From positions 372,001 through 436,000 of the forward strand of contig NEEC01000009.1 in the NCBI GenBank assembly GCA_002189035.1: 64,000 nucleotides of DNA, in the 5' to 3' direction. The position numbers and the translations under genes were made by a program. The DNA is from Utricularia gibba. Lineage: Eukaryota > Plantae > Magnoliophyta. Positions 1-13,956 of the stretch are shown piece after piece. The first letter of the stretch is position 1. The number at the start of each line of letters is the position of its first letter. Under the pieces are notes generated by a model, which was not told where the DNA came from, ran no database searches, and saw nothing but the letters and a program-made list of their open reading frames with translations.

Positions 1-639
1 ACACCTAATAGATTTGTTGATTGACTTATAACCCTTTAAACACCTTTTGATTCATTTTTGCTTTTGATCTAGTGATTGGGTCAAGTGAGATTATTAGAGG
101 TTTATTAATCTTCTATCATTTATCTTTATTATGACCATCTATAACATCCATGATATCATCAGTAATGGTAACAATTTACCTTCCAACTTCTTGTATTTAT
201 CCTTGCAATATTTATCTTTTTCATTTCAAGATTAAAGCTATTCTCCAATTTACATAAAAAGTGATATAATACATCTTAGGTTTATGCCACTTTGATTTTT
301 CAAATGTATAGGGAAGTTCTAAGATTGTAGTTGGGCAAATGTGCTTTCAATAATATCTTCAGATGTGAAGTATAGTCAATATTCCAACTATTCTCAAATC
401 TCCCTGTATCAACCACATATTGTTTGAGAATCATTAGAAATATTTGATCTTACTTCATTGATCATATGCAATTTCCCCTCTTTGTTTTCATAGTTTCCTC
501 AGATATTGGAACAATAAAACGATGAAAACAATAAAATAAATAAAGCAAGATGATTAAAAAAGCAAAGTTGGAAAAATAGAGTACTACAAACACCCAAATG
601 CAATGAAGAGTTAAAAAGAAACGTAGGATTTTTATATTT

Positions 640-827
640 TATTTAAACAGCAATATGGATATAAATATCTTTTCCTAAAAATAAAACTTCTAAAACTTAT
701 TTAATATAATACCTCTAATTCATTAACTAAATACATCTCATCCCATCTACAAATCCCTATCCCATTTACATATGCCTATTTAAATATTTTCTAGTATATT
801 CAAATTCCATAACCAAACACACCCTAA
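640..827. mobile_element. Possible right end of a PIF/Harbinger (Tourist-like) MITE remnant
   Basis: CCAAACACACCC at 813-824 (reverse complement GGGTGTGTTTGG, a common Tourist-type TIR) is followed directly by TAA (825-827), at the end of an AT-rich tract. I found no matching left TIR in the window, so the left boundary is a guess. Confidence 0.3.
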
Positions 828-1670
828 TGGATCATGAGTTTCCAGTCTAAAAGCCAATGAACTGCTGCAAGTAAATGAAATGTATGAAAAATCGCATGTT
901 GGTAGTGCCAAGTCTCTTCCAGAAAACTGTACTGAACGAAAAGCTGATGGAAGAAAAACAAAGACAGCTGATTTACTACATAGAAGAACCATGCGGGCTG
1001 GGATTGATTCACTCATATGGAAAACTCTACGGTTGAACAAAATAAACCCAAGTTCCCAATTCACACAGCTTGTCAGCAGATGATTTCACCACTACAAATA
1101 CTTGGGAGTCCCTGAAAGAGAGAAGAAAGCCCTTGATTCAAAAGTGCACAAGCATGATCTACAATATCACAGAAAGAATATTTTCATGGGACGCATATCA
1201 AGAGGATTATTATTGCATGGTAGGAACGCTCATGATGGCTTAGAGATATGCACAGGAAGCAGGGGAGAGCAAGCTTCTACAAGACTACTGCTTTCCGCAA
1301 GTGTTGTGATGGTGGGGTGTTAAGTTTACACCCCAAAGATACCCGACTTTAGTCCTACTAATGTGATTTGTTTGCGTCCATTTAACTTACTGCAACAAGC
1401 ATATGGATGAATGTAGCGGTTGCAGCAGCAAGAGAAATGGATCACATAAATCAACTAAAGAAAAAATAGAATCTTATGGTTGCTTCATTTATGGGCAAAA
1501 TTACTTAACGGTCGTTTTGGCAACTTTAGGCTCGCATTGTAATTCATGATATGAGAGCAAGGAGACAAGAGCGGCTCTAAATGCAACTGTGAATCGAACC
1601 AAATAGTGTACCATAATGCACAACTCTTAGGGAATGAAAGGCAGACGCATCTGAAAAGTACCTTTTTCTG

Positions 1671-2503
1671 TTAACTTTGAGGAGGATTCGGTGGAGGTGG
1701 CATTCCAGGCCTTGGTTGCCCAAATCCTTGCATCTGTCCCCTGGACCTGGAGGCGGCATACCTGGCCTCGGCGGCTGCTGACCTGGTGGAGGACCTCCAG
1801 GCATTCCCGGCCTTGGAGGTCCACCAGGTGGTGGTGGCCCGCGCATCATCTGTGGAGGTGGCATCATGGGTGGCCTTTGTCCAAACTGCGGGGGTGGAGC
1901 AAATCCAGCAGGTGGCGGACCCCCAGGTCTGAACTGCGGCGGAGGTGGCATCGGCATTCCAGGCCTCGGTGGAAAAGCACCAGGCGGTGGTGCCATCTGC
2001 GGCGGCCTGACCACAGGCGGCTGCTGAGGATACGACATTGGCTGAACCGATATCTGAGGAGGTCGCGATATCTGTGGCTGCATCATACCCGGTGCAGGCC
2101 CCCCAAACCCACGGACAGGACCCGAGAGTCCGGGCTGTGCTTGGGTAGGTGGACCAGTAACAATCCCTCGTCCTGCGGCACGGCCGATGCCAGGTCCAGC
2201 AAGTCCACCTCCTGAAGTGGTCTTAAGGCGAGATTCATCTGGCGGCGGCGGCCCTTCAACTGTGAGCGAAATGACTTCTTCTCCTCTCAGAAGTACGAGT
2301 CCAAGCGTACGCCGGTCTTCCCTCTCTTCCTTGGTACCCTTCTTGGGAGGAAGTTTGCGAAACTCCTCGCAGTCGCCCAGGACGAGGTTCATGTGTCGAT
2401 CAAACGCCATGAATTTCCCAATAAGCTGACGACCGTCTGAAATCGTCACCCTCATCCGGTAGTTGATGTACTGTAGCATCTTCGAACTCTTCGACATCGA
2501 CAT
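1671..2503 (-). CDS. SmB: Small nuclear ribonucleoprotein SmB/B' (Sm fold plus Pro/Gly-rich tail), intronless, with an apparent 1-bp frameshift at 1738-1741
   Basis: The N-terminus [50 protein letters not shown] is the plant SmB Sm1/Sm2 motif, followed by a PPPGMRPP-like tail. The Pro-rich tail continues in another frame ([25 protein letters not shown] at 1671-1673). As assembled, the frame runs on to 1577. Confidence 0.95.
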
Positions 2504-2529
2504 TGTCGCAAAATCAAAATCGAGATCTC

Positions 2530-2660
2530 CCCTCTAGGGTTTTGGTTCCGAGAAAGCCGAAGGACCTGCGAATTCAAAAGAACAAACGTGAAATACGAGA
2601 ATGCGACGCGGGCTTCCGAAATTGAAATGGGCCTAGCCCGGTAGCTGCCCTAGCCCACTA
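2530..2660. promoter_or_regulatory. Telo-box plus site II (TGGGCY) module upstream of SmB
   Basis: TAGGGTTT at 2535-2542 (telo-box AAACCCTA on the minus strand), ATGGGCC at 2627-2633 and AGCCCA at about 2652. This combination is typical of plant translation and RNA-processing gene promoters. Confidence 0.55.
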
Positions 2661-3287
2661 TTGGCGGTGGCATTTTTGGAAATTCACCCGAAAAATAATC
2701 AATTATATTGTTGTTTAATGCAACTATTTTAACACGTGTTTTCCTGAATTAGTTTTCCCTCTTTATAATTTAAATAAATAATAATACATTTATTTTGCAT
2801 AAAAAGAAAGAAGATGAAGACCGGATCAAAGGCTACATGGACACCCACTTCTCCGTACGCCGGCTGCTTACTCCTTAAAAAAGTCGCAGAAACTCCAACT
2901 TGTCCAAACAACTGTTTGGGTTCAACGGAGGAATATGGAACACGTGTCTCTGAAAATGATGTCTTGCTTTCACTCGCAAAGCAATAGTGGTGTAGAGACT
3001 GAGGTCTCCCCGCCCCATGATTGTATTGATTGCTTTGAGGTAAACACCTTCCTCCGCTAATGGTTTCAAATTCAATGTGTGAGGAAACTCCCAACTTTTC
3101 TAATGGTCAAAAGTCAAAACGCCTGATTGTTGATTAAAGACGCGCCCGCAGGCAGCCAACGACGTGGGTGTCTCAAAAAGTTTGTTTCTTTTCTCGCCCT
3201 TCAGTGAATGCTTGTGGATAGAAGGGGATTAAAGTTGCAGCGGAACTCGTACACGCGTAAGGACATTGCTCTCGGATCTCCGCGGAA

Positions 3288-6200
3288 ATGGCGTCTAACT
3301 ATCTGCTGCTGGAAGAGCCGATTCGGATGGTTTCCATTCTTGAGCCGGCTAAGCCTGTAAATGCAGCTTCCCTTTAGAGCGTTTCTTTATGTTCATGCAT
3401 ATTTCCGACTCTTTGACGAGTTTGAGTTCTGTCGCTTTTTTTGGAAATTTGTTTGTGTAGAGCTTCTTTCCCTCGATGACGAAGATTGTCGGCACTTTAG
3501 GCCCCAATTCACGGTCTGTGGAGGTTATCTCTGGGTGTCTCGAGGCTGGAATGTCAGGTGATTTCCATATGTAGCTCTTAGGTGCATGCTTCTATGCATT
3601 CTCGTGTTGGATTATTTCTGGGAATTTTGAGCAAGCTTACGGGTGCTTGGAAAAAGCAGAAAGATGCTTTGATGAAAAGCATATGTAGAGATAAGCCACC
3701 TTTTCCAGTAACTGTCTAGCGGGTCAAGCTGAATCTTGAGAGAGCTGGATCATTAGAATTAGTATCATGTCTATCGTTTCCTACTTTTTGAAGATTTAAT
3801 GACTCACGCGACAGTTTCGAATTAAAATTCAACAGTAGCACGATTTGATTTTTCATGGGGCGATGTGGAGTATCACCAGGAGACTTTGGAGAACTTGAAA
3901 GTGGCCATTCAGACTTCGAAGAAGCTCTGTGGAGTAAGCTTTGAAAATCTTGGAATATATTTCCTAATGGCAAACCTGTCATTGAATGACATACCTTCAT
4001 CTCTCATCAGGTAATGCTGGATACCGTTGGCCCAGAATTGCTGATAGTAAACAAGTCTGAGAACCCTATATCACTTTTAGAGCATTCTCAAGTCATCCTA
4101 ACCCCTGATCAAGATAAAGAGGCTACTTCAGATTTACTTCCTATTAATTTCAGTGGATTATCCAAGGTGAAAGTAACTCCAGAAATTATTAAGAGCTTAG
4201 TGTGGTAATTGGAAAATGTTTATATTTTCCTTATTTGCAGGTGGTTAAAGAAGGGGATGAAATATTCATTGGCGAATACCTGTTTACTGGAAAAGAAACA
4301 ACTTCAGTATGGCTTGAGGTATTGGGCTTATTCTTGTACGAGATTCTCCATTTCAAGTTCCTCAAAACTCTTACGTTACTTATTGCAATGTTATTCTAAT
4401 ACTGCAACAATGTGGGCATGCTAATACATTGTTGCGACTTTTTTACAAGAAAAGCAAGGTGTATATGATATATCCTTCAAACATTTTAGACGTTGTAGTT
4501 ACATGACAGTCCACATGCACTTGTAGTGCAGCTGAGACTGCTCATATGTAGTTTTTCCCGAGGCTATCGACTCATCTTCAGAAATTCGGACATGCTTTTC
4601 AAGCTTTGAAAGTGGCAATATTTGAATTGCAGGTGTCCACAGTGAAGGAAGAGGATGTCGTTTGCACGATCAAGAATTCTGCAGTCTTAGCAGGGCCATT
4701 GTACACTTTGCATGTCTCTCAGATTAGAATTGAGCTTCCTACTCTCACTGACAAAGATAAGGAGGTAAAAATAAATATTTTTTTCATAGTCCACTCATAG
4801 AATGAAACTGGATTGGAGTAGCTGTGACCAAGGAAAAAAGCTCGGTGTTTCCTGTTTAATCAACTTTTCATTGTTATGCAGATTATAAGCACTTGGGGGC
4901 TACGAAACAAAATTGACTTCCTTTCACTCTCATATACTCGCACAGCAGCAGATGTTGCAAATGTAAGCTTTTTTTAGTTTTCAGAGTTCTTTCTCTAAAC
5001 AGTCTGAGCTAATCTACACATTTTCATTCAGGCACGTGAGTTTCTCTCCAAATTTGGTGAACTGAAGAACACTCATATCTATGCAAAGATTGAGAACATA
5101 GAGGTTGGAATTTTCTTGGCCTTCTAAGAAATATATCATCTCATAGGCAACTCACTCTCACATTTGACGCCTACCTTTTGTCGCAGGGTCTGAAAAATTT
5201 CGATGAAATCCTCAAAGAGGCAGATGGAATAATTCTGGCTCGCGGGAATCTCGGGATTGATTTGCCACCAGAGAAGGTCAGTTTGAGAATGCACACAATT
5301 TTATACTCAATTATGCGTTAGCATCTTGCCTAATAGTCAAAGTTTGCATCAGGTATTTCTATATCAGAAAGAAACACTTTTCAAATGCAATGTTGCCGGT
5401 AAGCCAGCAGTGCTGACTCGCTTTGTGGATAGTATGACGGAAAATGTACGGCCAACTCGAGCTGAGGCAACTGATGTGGCAAATGCTGTGCTAGATGGTT
5501 TTCTATACTTGCAATTTTTTTCTTTGTTCATTTTAGAGCAACCATATTCTCACAGACAACTTACTTTGTTCTGCTGTTTTCAGGAACTGATGCTATTCTT
5601 TTAGGTGGAGAAACCTTACGTGGATTATACCCAGTACAGACCATATCTACCGTCGGCAAAATTTGTGCTGAGGTAAGGCTTGTATTGAGGAACTAGAGTT
5701 CACCTTTTTTTGATGGAATCCATAAAGAAAAATGCATTAGCATTCCATTTGATGCACAGACATATGGTTTTAGATTGACTTAAGCTAGTCATTTTGAATT
5801 CTCTTTTGATTAGTCAGTTCTGTATCTGAACTTCTAGGCTTGATATTCTTATATGAATGTAAAATTCTGGATCTAGATCTTTTTTTTCGTTGATGGAATG
5901 TGTGCAGGCAGAAAAGGTTCACAATCAAGAGCTCTATTTTAAGAAGACTCTAAGCCACACTGAAGACCTGATGTCACATATTGAGTCAATCGCTTCCTCA
6001 GCTGTATGCATATAGAAAATCAGCACTTCCTTCTATCTCTTTTGATCTACTACATTCATCCAACTCATGTCAGAGCTTGATGCGCTGAAATCTGCTTACC
6101 CTCCTCTGTTCATTTTTTTATGCATTTCAAATTCGAACACATTTTTTAGGTGCTGCCGTGCAGTCATTCTAATTCATTGGAACAGATGCATGAGACAATC

Positions 6201-6950
6201 GCATGCAGATTCCTTGTAAATTGCTTTGCAATTCAGTAACCAGGTACCATTGCTCATGCAGGTCCGAGCTGCTATTAAGGTCAAAGCATCTGTCATCATT
6301 TGCTTCACTTATTCCGGAAGAGCTGCAAGGTTCTCTCTTACCTTACGACGTTCAAAGTGTGATTATGCTTACGATACTTAAACACTCTCCTAGTCTTCTT
6401 TGGTCTATGAATGCTGTGCGTTGCTTGGCTCGAAGAGTGTTTTCTGAGGTTCAGTCTAATTGCATTTTGTGTACTGCAACAGATTGATAGCTAAATATCG
6501 ACCAACAATGCCGGTGTTATCCGTTGTCATCCCACGCCTCAAGACTAATCAGCTTTCCTGGACCCTCACTGGCTCCTTCGAGGTAACAAAAGCATCCTGA
6601 AACTTGACTTCGGCTCAGAGATTGATATAGCCTGTTGATGGCAGGCGAGGCAATCATTGATGATAAGAGGTGTCTTCCCCATCCTCGCTGATCCTCGGCA
6701 TTCAGTGAGATTCCTGCTCGTTGCTTTTGAATAATAAGCAGTTGATGTGTTTTTTCTGTGACTGCTGAATGAGCCCTGTGATGCCAAATTGTTGCAGGCG
6801 CACACCAAAAGCGCAGCCAATGAATCCATCCTGAAGTTTGCTTTGGATCACGGCAAAGGCATTGGGGTTATAAAGCAGCATGATCGTGTGGTGGTTTGCC
6901 AGAAAGTTGGCGATGCGGCGGTTGTTAAGATCATTGAACTTCAAGACTAG
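3288..6950 (+). CDS. PK: Cytosolic pyruvate kinase (At2g36580/At3g52990-type), 16 exons
   Basis: Spliced translation gives [20 protein letters not shown] / [15 protein letters not shown] / [10 protein letters not shown] / VMLDTVGPE / [34 protein letters not shown] / [17 protein letters not shown] / [15 protein letters not shown] / [22 protein letters not shown]. All introns inspected are GT-AG. Confidence 0.95.
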
Positions 6951-7268
6951 TTTTTTGTGCAACTGTGAAATAAAGAAAGCTCATGCCGAGCACACCCCAG
7001 AGGTCAAACTCCATCTTACGTTCTGTTTTGAGAGTTTTATCTAACTATCTGAAGTTCAGCTGACGTATCTATGGCGTCTTCAGTATTCAGTCGTCTCTCT
7101 CTCCCTATCTATCACTAACATCCCATGAGCATGAAAAGGGGGAGGGGGGAAGGCGTGCCAAGAAATATTATCCAGTGGTGGATTGTTGTCCTTCCGTTGC
7201 GCAGGAACCAGAAATCTCATGGCAAAGCTTCCCTTTTCGCGCATTGCCTGCAGAAACCTGAGAAGAAT

Positions 7269-10200
7269 TCACCGGCTCTGTAGAGCTTCAATCGCCTTCT
7301 TCCATTGCATCGCTCTCTGCTTCGCATCTTCAAAGGATAACACCTTCTTCGGCTGCATCGGTGTCATGCAGTTAGAACGGAGGAGCAGAAGAGAATGGGG
7401 AGGACTTGCTCACCGTCCAGATCTTGAAGTTGGAAGGGCTGATGACCTGAACGTTGAGCTCATTAGGATTATCCGACCAGATTATATTCCCCTTGACCAA
7501 TAGTTTTGCAGGATCCACATAAATGATCTTTGGCTTATCGGTAAGGATAAGCTGCACTTTCTTGTTTGTCAGTTTCTGCAGTTTCTTTACCATGGAGATC
7601 ATGAGAACTGACTCCCCGGGCTCCAAGAACTGTTTCCTGTTTAACGGAAGCCGAGGATGGTTTTCAAGGCAAAACCAGCAAACTACTATCATTTCATGCA
7701 GGGAGGGTGTACCATTTCGAATCAAATGAATCGATAGAAGCAAGCCTGGTGACACTTCCCGTCTCTGAAACTTGCCCAGTGCCTCCACCGCCGTTTGCAT
7801 CTGTTTTTCGAGCAGAACCATCCCCAACATGTGAGGGATTCCAGGATGACTCTTGGTCTTCAACCCCAGGAGACTGACCCTGAGGCAGCAGACGCATAGA
7901 CGATATGATATATTTTATTGCTCCTTCAGAGAAAAGGGGCAACAGCAAAGGCTTACTCGCTGTTCCAAAGCAAGTGTTGGAGGAGATGCTTCTCGTATGT
8001 TCGTCCAGTCGATCTCATCGAAGAAAGGATGGTTTTTTAGCGCAGCATAACCCCCAGGTCCTGCTCCAGGTCTCCTACTGGGATCCATGTTCTGCATCAT
8101 CAAGATTCAACGAAGGATCACCGCAAGGATACACAGAGTTACACAAAAATGGCAGCAGACGAACAGTTGATGAATGCACTACCAACAACTTATCAATGAG
8201 GTCTCGCGCTTCTGGAGAAAAGTAAGCTGGGAATCTGACATCTCGGGCAATAATCCGCTGGAAAATGAGCCACTCACTAGCATCTTTGAAAGGAGAAGTC
8301 CCAGAAAGCATTTGATATAATGTGCATCCCAGCGCCCAAAGGTCATTGCTAGTGTGAGGTAAACATCAAATTATGAGAGAATTCACTTGAAGGTTGCACC
8401 TTGAAGTTGAAGCTGCTCACCCGAAAGTAGCAGGTGAGGAGTTTAGAACCTCAGGAGGTACATAAGCTGCCGTCCCAACAAACGTACATGCCTTATCATC
8501 TGTAATTTTCCAAACAACGAGGATCATTACGGTTCAGTCATGCATCAAAGCTGAACAGTTACCAAACTTCAGGGATACCTGATGCTGCATTCGGAAGAAG
8601 AGTTATCCGACTACCTTGCATAGGCTTCACACTACCAAAATCGGCAATCTTGATGTGTCCATCCGCAGTAAGAAGCAGGTTTTCAGGCTGCCAGTTAAAA
8701 CATCGGCATGTAAACGATGAGGAAAGAAAAACCATTAGCAGCAAACTGTACCTTAATGTCTCGATGTATTAAACCCATGCTATGTATGTATTCAAGGGCA
8801 TCCACAACTTCAGCGGCATAAAAACGAGCCTCAGCCTCAGTTAACCGACCTTTCTGCACCAGGAAATTCAAAAGGCAAGACATAAGTAGAACTCAATGGG
8901 ATACAATAAGCCTATTCTGTAGGCCTAGATCTTTCATCATTTTTTTTTCATCTTGCATTTCTTATTTCAATCTAGCTAAAAAATCTGGATTACTGAACTG
9001 AAAACCCAAAAACCCAGACCCGGAATATGAACCCACAGCTAGTAAAATCACGTATCGCCTTCAAGCATCTCCAAACACAAATTTTACAAGCTTTCAGGCA
9101 GAACATAGAGCTTGTTTCCACATCAGCTAACTAAGATTGTCTTAAAATACATGCACACCCACTACTCTCCAAAAGTATACAAGGATTAGATTGCAAGTCA
9201 ATGTCGAAACCTATGAAAATATCCAGCAAGAACAAGATCTACAATAGCACAGAATTCTATGTGCACTTACCCTGGTTATTTGATCAAAAAGTTCTCCACC
9301 ATCGCATGATTCCAGGGCCATGTCTTGTGAAAAATCAAGGTGCAGAAAACAAAATTATTCTGTTGTCCACAAAAGATTATGACATAAATGACACTAATAC
9401 AGCGCAATGTAATACTTACAGAGAGAGAAAGTATCTTGAAATGTAAAAAAGAGGCGCACCACACCCGGATGATCTAGTTGATCCAACACTATTCTCTCCA
9501 ATTTTACATAAGCTGTTTTATTTTCTTTAGTGATGAACTTTTTGTCCATGATCTTCATGGCATAAACGATTCCAGTGTCTTTCTTTTTTGCCCTGACAAC
9601 CTATTTCCAGGGAATAGACAGAACTTCTGAGTGCCCGATGCATATCATGCCAGAAACAAGACAGGCGTACTGGAGAATTATAATATTCATTTCAACCTCT
9701 GGAGATGATTCTTGGCCATCTAAAAGAAACCATTAAAATGACTCTCAAACTATGGGTGAAACGAAGGCGCCTCCAGCAGAAGTACTTCATATGCATACAG
9801 AAATTGGATATTTTACGCTTGATGGTACAAAACCATCTTGCTGCTCTTCACTCTACTACTATTTAAAGCGAGTGCAGGACAAAATTCAAACCAAGAATTC
9901 ACAATCCTAGAAGCCATCATAGACATTAGGGGATTAAACGAACGTTATCAAAGGGGAAACCAAATGAAAGAAGCATACCAAGCAGAACGAAAACAAATAA
10001 CATATGGAAAATGGGTAACGACTGCAACAAATATCGCATTGTAAAGCACAAATAAGGAATTCATCAACGTGAGAGATCTACATAAATCATATGTATGACA
10101 GGAAAAAAAGATCACGAAAGATAGGACCTTGGAATAAGAACCGACGCCATAAATCTTGCCAAGTTCAAAATCTTGGATGCTGAAATTTTCTTGGGGAGCC

Positions 10201-10298
10201 CTGAAGGCAAAACTCTTGGATCTCTGAGGATTGGTGATGTTATTCGAAGAAGAAGCATTGCTCTCAATTCTCAGCTTTGAATCGAAATCCTCCTCCAT
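7269..10298 (-). CDS. PDK1: 3-phosphoinositide-dependent protein kinase 1 (AGC kinase with C-terminal PH domain), 11 exons
   Basis: Motifs [59 protein letters not shown] and [16 protein letters not shown] domain [18 protein letters not shown]...[27 protein letters not shown], with TGA at 7269-7271. Confidence 0.95.
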
Positions 10299-11637
10299 TT
10301 CTCGTCTCGTTCGTTGTTCAATCGATCGCCAACCCGAAATGCCAACATCACATTCCGCAAAATGCGCTATGGGAAAAGCAAAACAATTGACCCCACTGAT
10401 GCATCTTCATCAATACCCCAACTTTATATACAACAAATCTTTCCTATTTTTCCTATTATGAAAGAAGAGGTATGGTGGTTGCCTCCAGTCCAGCTTTCTC
10501 CATCCAAAAAAGAAAACCTTGGAACGAGAGTTGGATTTATTTTTCGCAGCCCCCAACGAAAAAGGAGATGATGACCGTTGAAGAGCGGAAAACAATATCT
10601 CAGAAACGTGAGATTGGAATGTCCATCACATCAATATCAGGATTCCCTTTAAATATTCTCCCTGTGAAGACAGACACCCGCACCCGATAAAGCACCGTCA
10701 CCATTTCAAAGCACCCCAGAAAAGCAAGTCATCGGACACAAATAAAACACTTTAATTTCTTTTTCACTCCGACAATTCTGTCGCATCAAACCCTAACCGT
10801 TTGTCGAAGGGGAAAAGCTCTAAACATGGCAATGGACAGTGGCACAGCTGGAAGAAAAATGGCGGAACTATGCATGAAAATGGGAAATTGGGAAGGCAAA
10901 GCAAACAGATTTACCTCAGCAAATGTTTATTTATTTGGTTGAAAATGCTTTAAAAAAAAAAAAAGCAACCTTTGATTTAAATGGCGTAAAATGTTTTCTT
11001 TTTGAATATTTTTTACCGATTGGAAAATAACCCTAGATTTGTAGTTCCCTCTTTTTTCGGGGCTTTTGTCCACGGTCTTGCGCCGAGTCACTCCAGAGCC
11101 CATACATTTCTACTCAGGTGAACTGTAAACCTTCAAGTTCATTATGCATTTTCTGTTTTGCTTCCTTTAACAGTTCTTGCGATTTGTGTATGCTTTGGAT
11201 TGAGGTGCTGTATTTTACCCCGGTCAATTATTGCTGTTAGTTTTGGTTCTGTCAAGAATTCTTTTTATCAGCTTCTTCCAAGAATTTTTGTCTCGGCTGT
11301 AGCTCGTCGGTGACTGAACTAGTTGCTCAATAAACGATACAGTGTGAGTTATTATTGCGTGTTTTCTTTTTTTGTACGGGAACTTTGCTGCTGGACACTC
11401 GAGAGTACTTGAGTTCTCAAACCGGTGTTCATTTTAGCAGTAAGTTGAGGAAAGGGATATTCGGTGGATGATTTTTTATGTCAAATTCTGAGTGTTGAAA
11501 GGATTTGGGGTGGGTTTGTATTGTTGTTAATAATGCATAAATGATGTTGCATGTGAACTGGTAGTACAGTACTTGATCTATATGCTGTCATTTGTGCTGA
11601 TCTTGATTCTTTGGTTTTGTCATTGTATATTCAAGCC

Positions 11638-13466
11638 ATGCATGCAACGAACGGTGGTTTGTGTGGACAAGTACTGGCGCTTGCTTCCAGCAATGATTCA
11701 GGGGAGAAAAAGACGAGGATTAGGCGATCGAAAGAAGAAAGGAAGACATTGGTTGAATCTTTCATAAAAATGTAATGTCCTTGTTACATCTCTTGATTCC
11801 TGGTTGCATTGTGCTTCAAATTCAGCCAGCTGTTATGCCCTTACGATTGGAGTTTTATCTAAGATTTTTTGTATTGTTTTTCAAGAAAGTCTGCTCTTGA
11901 GACAGGGATAGAATTCTTTTGTGTGATGGACTTTAGTTGTTATGGGACGCAATATTTCTATTGTCTGTTTTCCTACTTATGTAACGTACTCAATGTGAAA
12001 CCTTCCAGGTATCAGAAATCTAACAATGGGAATTTCCCATCTCTTCGCCTTACACATAAAGAAGTTGGTGGTTCTTTCTACACTGTCCGGGAGATTGTCC
12101 GAGAGGTCATTCAAGAAAACAGAGTATTAGCTCCGCCTAAAGACAATGAGCACTCTGGATTATTGGGTCAGCATCCTCTTGGCTCCATTTCCATGGAACC
12201 TCCGTCTAATTTTCCAGAATCAGAGAGAGCCCATTTGATAACAGATTTTCATGGTGGATATCAGATTATGAGTGAAGAAAGCATCGCAAGTTCAAATTCC
12301 GGCACCTATGATTCTGGTGCCTTGTACTTGGACAACGAAAAGATGCTGCAAAGAGGCAGCAAGGTTACTGTGGACATCGACGCTCATGATGGCATAAGTC
12401 ATCTTGGACCCTCTTTTTGCCAGGGTGAAAGCATGCAGGAGTTTTCATATGGGGAGCCATTTCCGCAAACTCAAATTGACGAGTTTATGAATCACGAGAC
12501 TCTCAATGATGTCACAATGCTTGAAGAAAATCATGATTCTGATAAGCAAGAGGCAAATCTCAATGCCAGTGACCATGCTGTTGATGCTATCAAGGTTGGG
12601 AATCAAACTCAGGAGGAGCGAGATTCTAATACTGTGGAGACATTTCCCTTGCATCCCGTTAGTGGGATGGTTCAAACTACTGACGGAGCGCATACCAGCC
12701 TCTCAGAAGAAGTTGAAGGGCTAGAAGACGATGTGAACGGACAAGAGGTCATAGTGCACACTGACAGCAACAGTGATTCTCATAATCGGGATGATGAGGA
12801 ACCACGTTCTTACTCGGTGAAAGAATTGAGTGGCAAGGTTGAAGATGGAAATGAAATGAAAAAGCCCCATCATCAATTTCAAGAATCTACCAAAAGATAC
12901 GTGGCCTCAGATCTTAGCATCAATGGTGTCTCTGACTCTGAATGCAAGGTGGGATCCAGCATCAATGACCTCAGTTTCTCATTTCAAGGAGTGTATTTGG
13001 AATGTGCAAGAGCCAAATATTGTGCTTGTTCTTTGTGTCAGCAACAAGTAGAAAGAGTCATGGAGCACACAACATATATGTGTGTGTGTGTGTCCTATAT
13101 ATACACCGCAGGCTTCCATTGAGCTAGGCATTTGCTTTCTTGCAGGTGAGCAGCTCTTCATCCGGAACAACTCCTAGCTATAAGGGAATCGACCTGTTGA
13201 ACAACGGAAACACTTACTCCCTGGACCGCATAAACCTGTAAGTCTATGTACTTGCTACAAATCTCACTGAAATATTTCTGCATCTCCTCAAGGAAACATA
13301 CATGCTTTTGCTTCTCCGTTCATTATTTTTATTGTGCATGGCATTGGGCAGGGACACCTGGGAAGAGAGCACGGGCAAGAAAGCAACACCTCCCCAAAGT
13401 GACAACACCTTCGTGGCACTCCTAAAGGGGCTGTTTGCCGCTTTCTCAAAGCTGTGGTCAGAGTAA
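11638..13466 (+). CDS. At3g52170/At5g58210-like putative DNA-binding protein, 4 exons
   Basis: Exon 1 (11638-11771) MHATNGGLCGQVLALA...TRIRRSKEERKTLVESFIK splices to YQKSNNGNFPSLRLTHKEVGGSFYTVREIVREVIQENRVL. The C-terminal exons give SLDRINLDTWEE...ALLKGLFAAFSKLWSE*. Both ends match this plant family as I recall it. Confidence 0.85.
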
Positions 13467-13660
13467 GGTCTCCCTTCTGCCTCATTGGCCCAGTAGGGCT
13501 CACTGGTGTTTTAAGTGTGGTTGCACATACCACTCTTGACTTTTTTCTGCTTGTGTCATGAGTTGAGGGCAAAGATAAAGGCAGCCAGGACCAAAGGGGG
13601 TTGGGTAAAACAGGGCATAGATGGATTCGTTACCCCGGGGAGGGCATCATGAAATGCATG

Positions 13661-13690
13661 ATGGGATGGGATGGGATGGGATGGGATGGG
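13661..13690 (+). repeat. (ATGGG)6 tandem repeat, G-quadruplex-competent
   Basis: Six perfect ATGGG units read directly from the sequence. Confidence 0.9.
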
Positions 13691-13920
13691 TGCATTGCAG
13701 CAGCACATTATTAATTTAACTCCCCACCCCAGACTTGATCATGTTAGGAGAGGGTGGGTGTGTGTGTGCATGCATATGAATATGCATATATGGATCTATG
13801 GGTGAATGATTGGGTAGCCGAGCAGCACCTCCAAAGCTGTCCCTGGACTAACCGCCTCATGGTCCCGGGGGCACGTTTTCCAGCTGTCCCACCCAAAAAG
13901 CCACTAGTCATGTAACAACA

Positions 13921-13924
13921 CCCC

Positions 13925-13955
<31 letters not shown>
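13921..13955. repeat. C25 followed by A10 compound homopolymer
   Basis: 25 consecutive C (13921-13945) immediately followed by 10 A. Confidence 0.9.

Positions 13956-13956
<1 letters not shown>

Noticed and set aside
1691-2429. Long antisense ORFs over SmB (1691-2215, 2187-2429)
   Set aside because: They are by-products of the GC-rich Pro/Gly codons of SmB and show no protein-family features.
8503-8578. PDK1 intron with donor GTATCCCT resembling a U12 5' site
   Set aside because: It mismatches GTATCCTT, and there is no TCCTTAAC branch site near the acceptor. It is treated as an ordinary U2 intron.
11695-11720. Suspected frameshift in exon 1 of the At3g52170-like gene at the G4/A5 runs
   Set aside because: A coordinate check against the ORF track shows the frame SGEKKTRIRRSKEERK is continuous.
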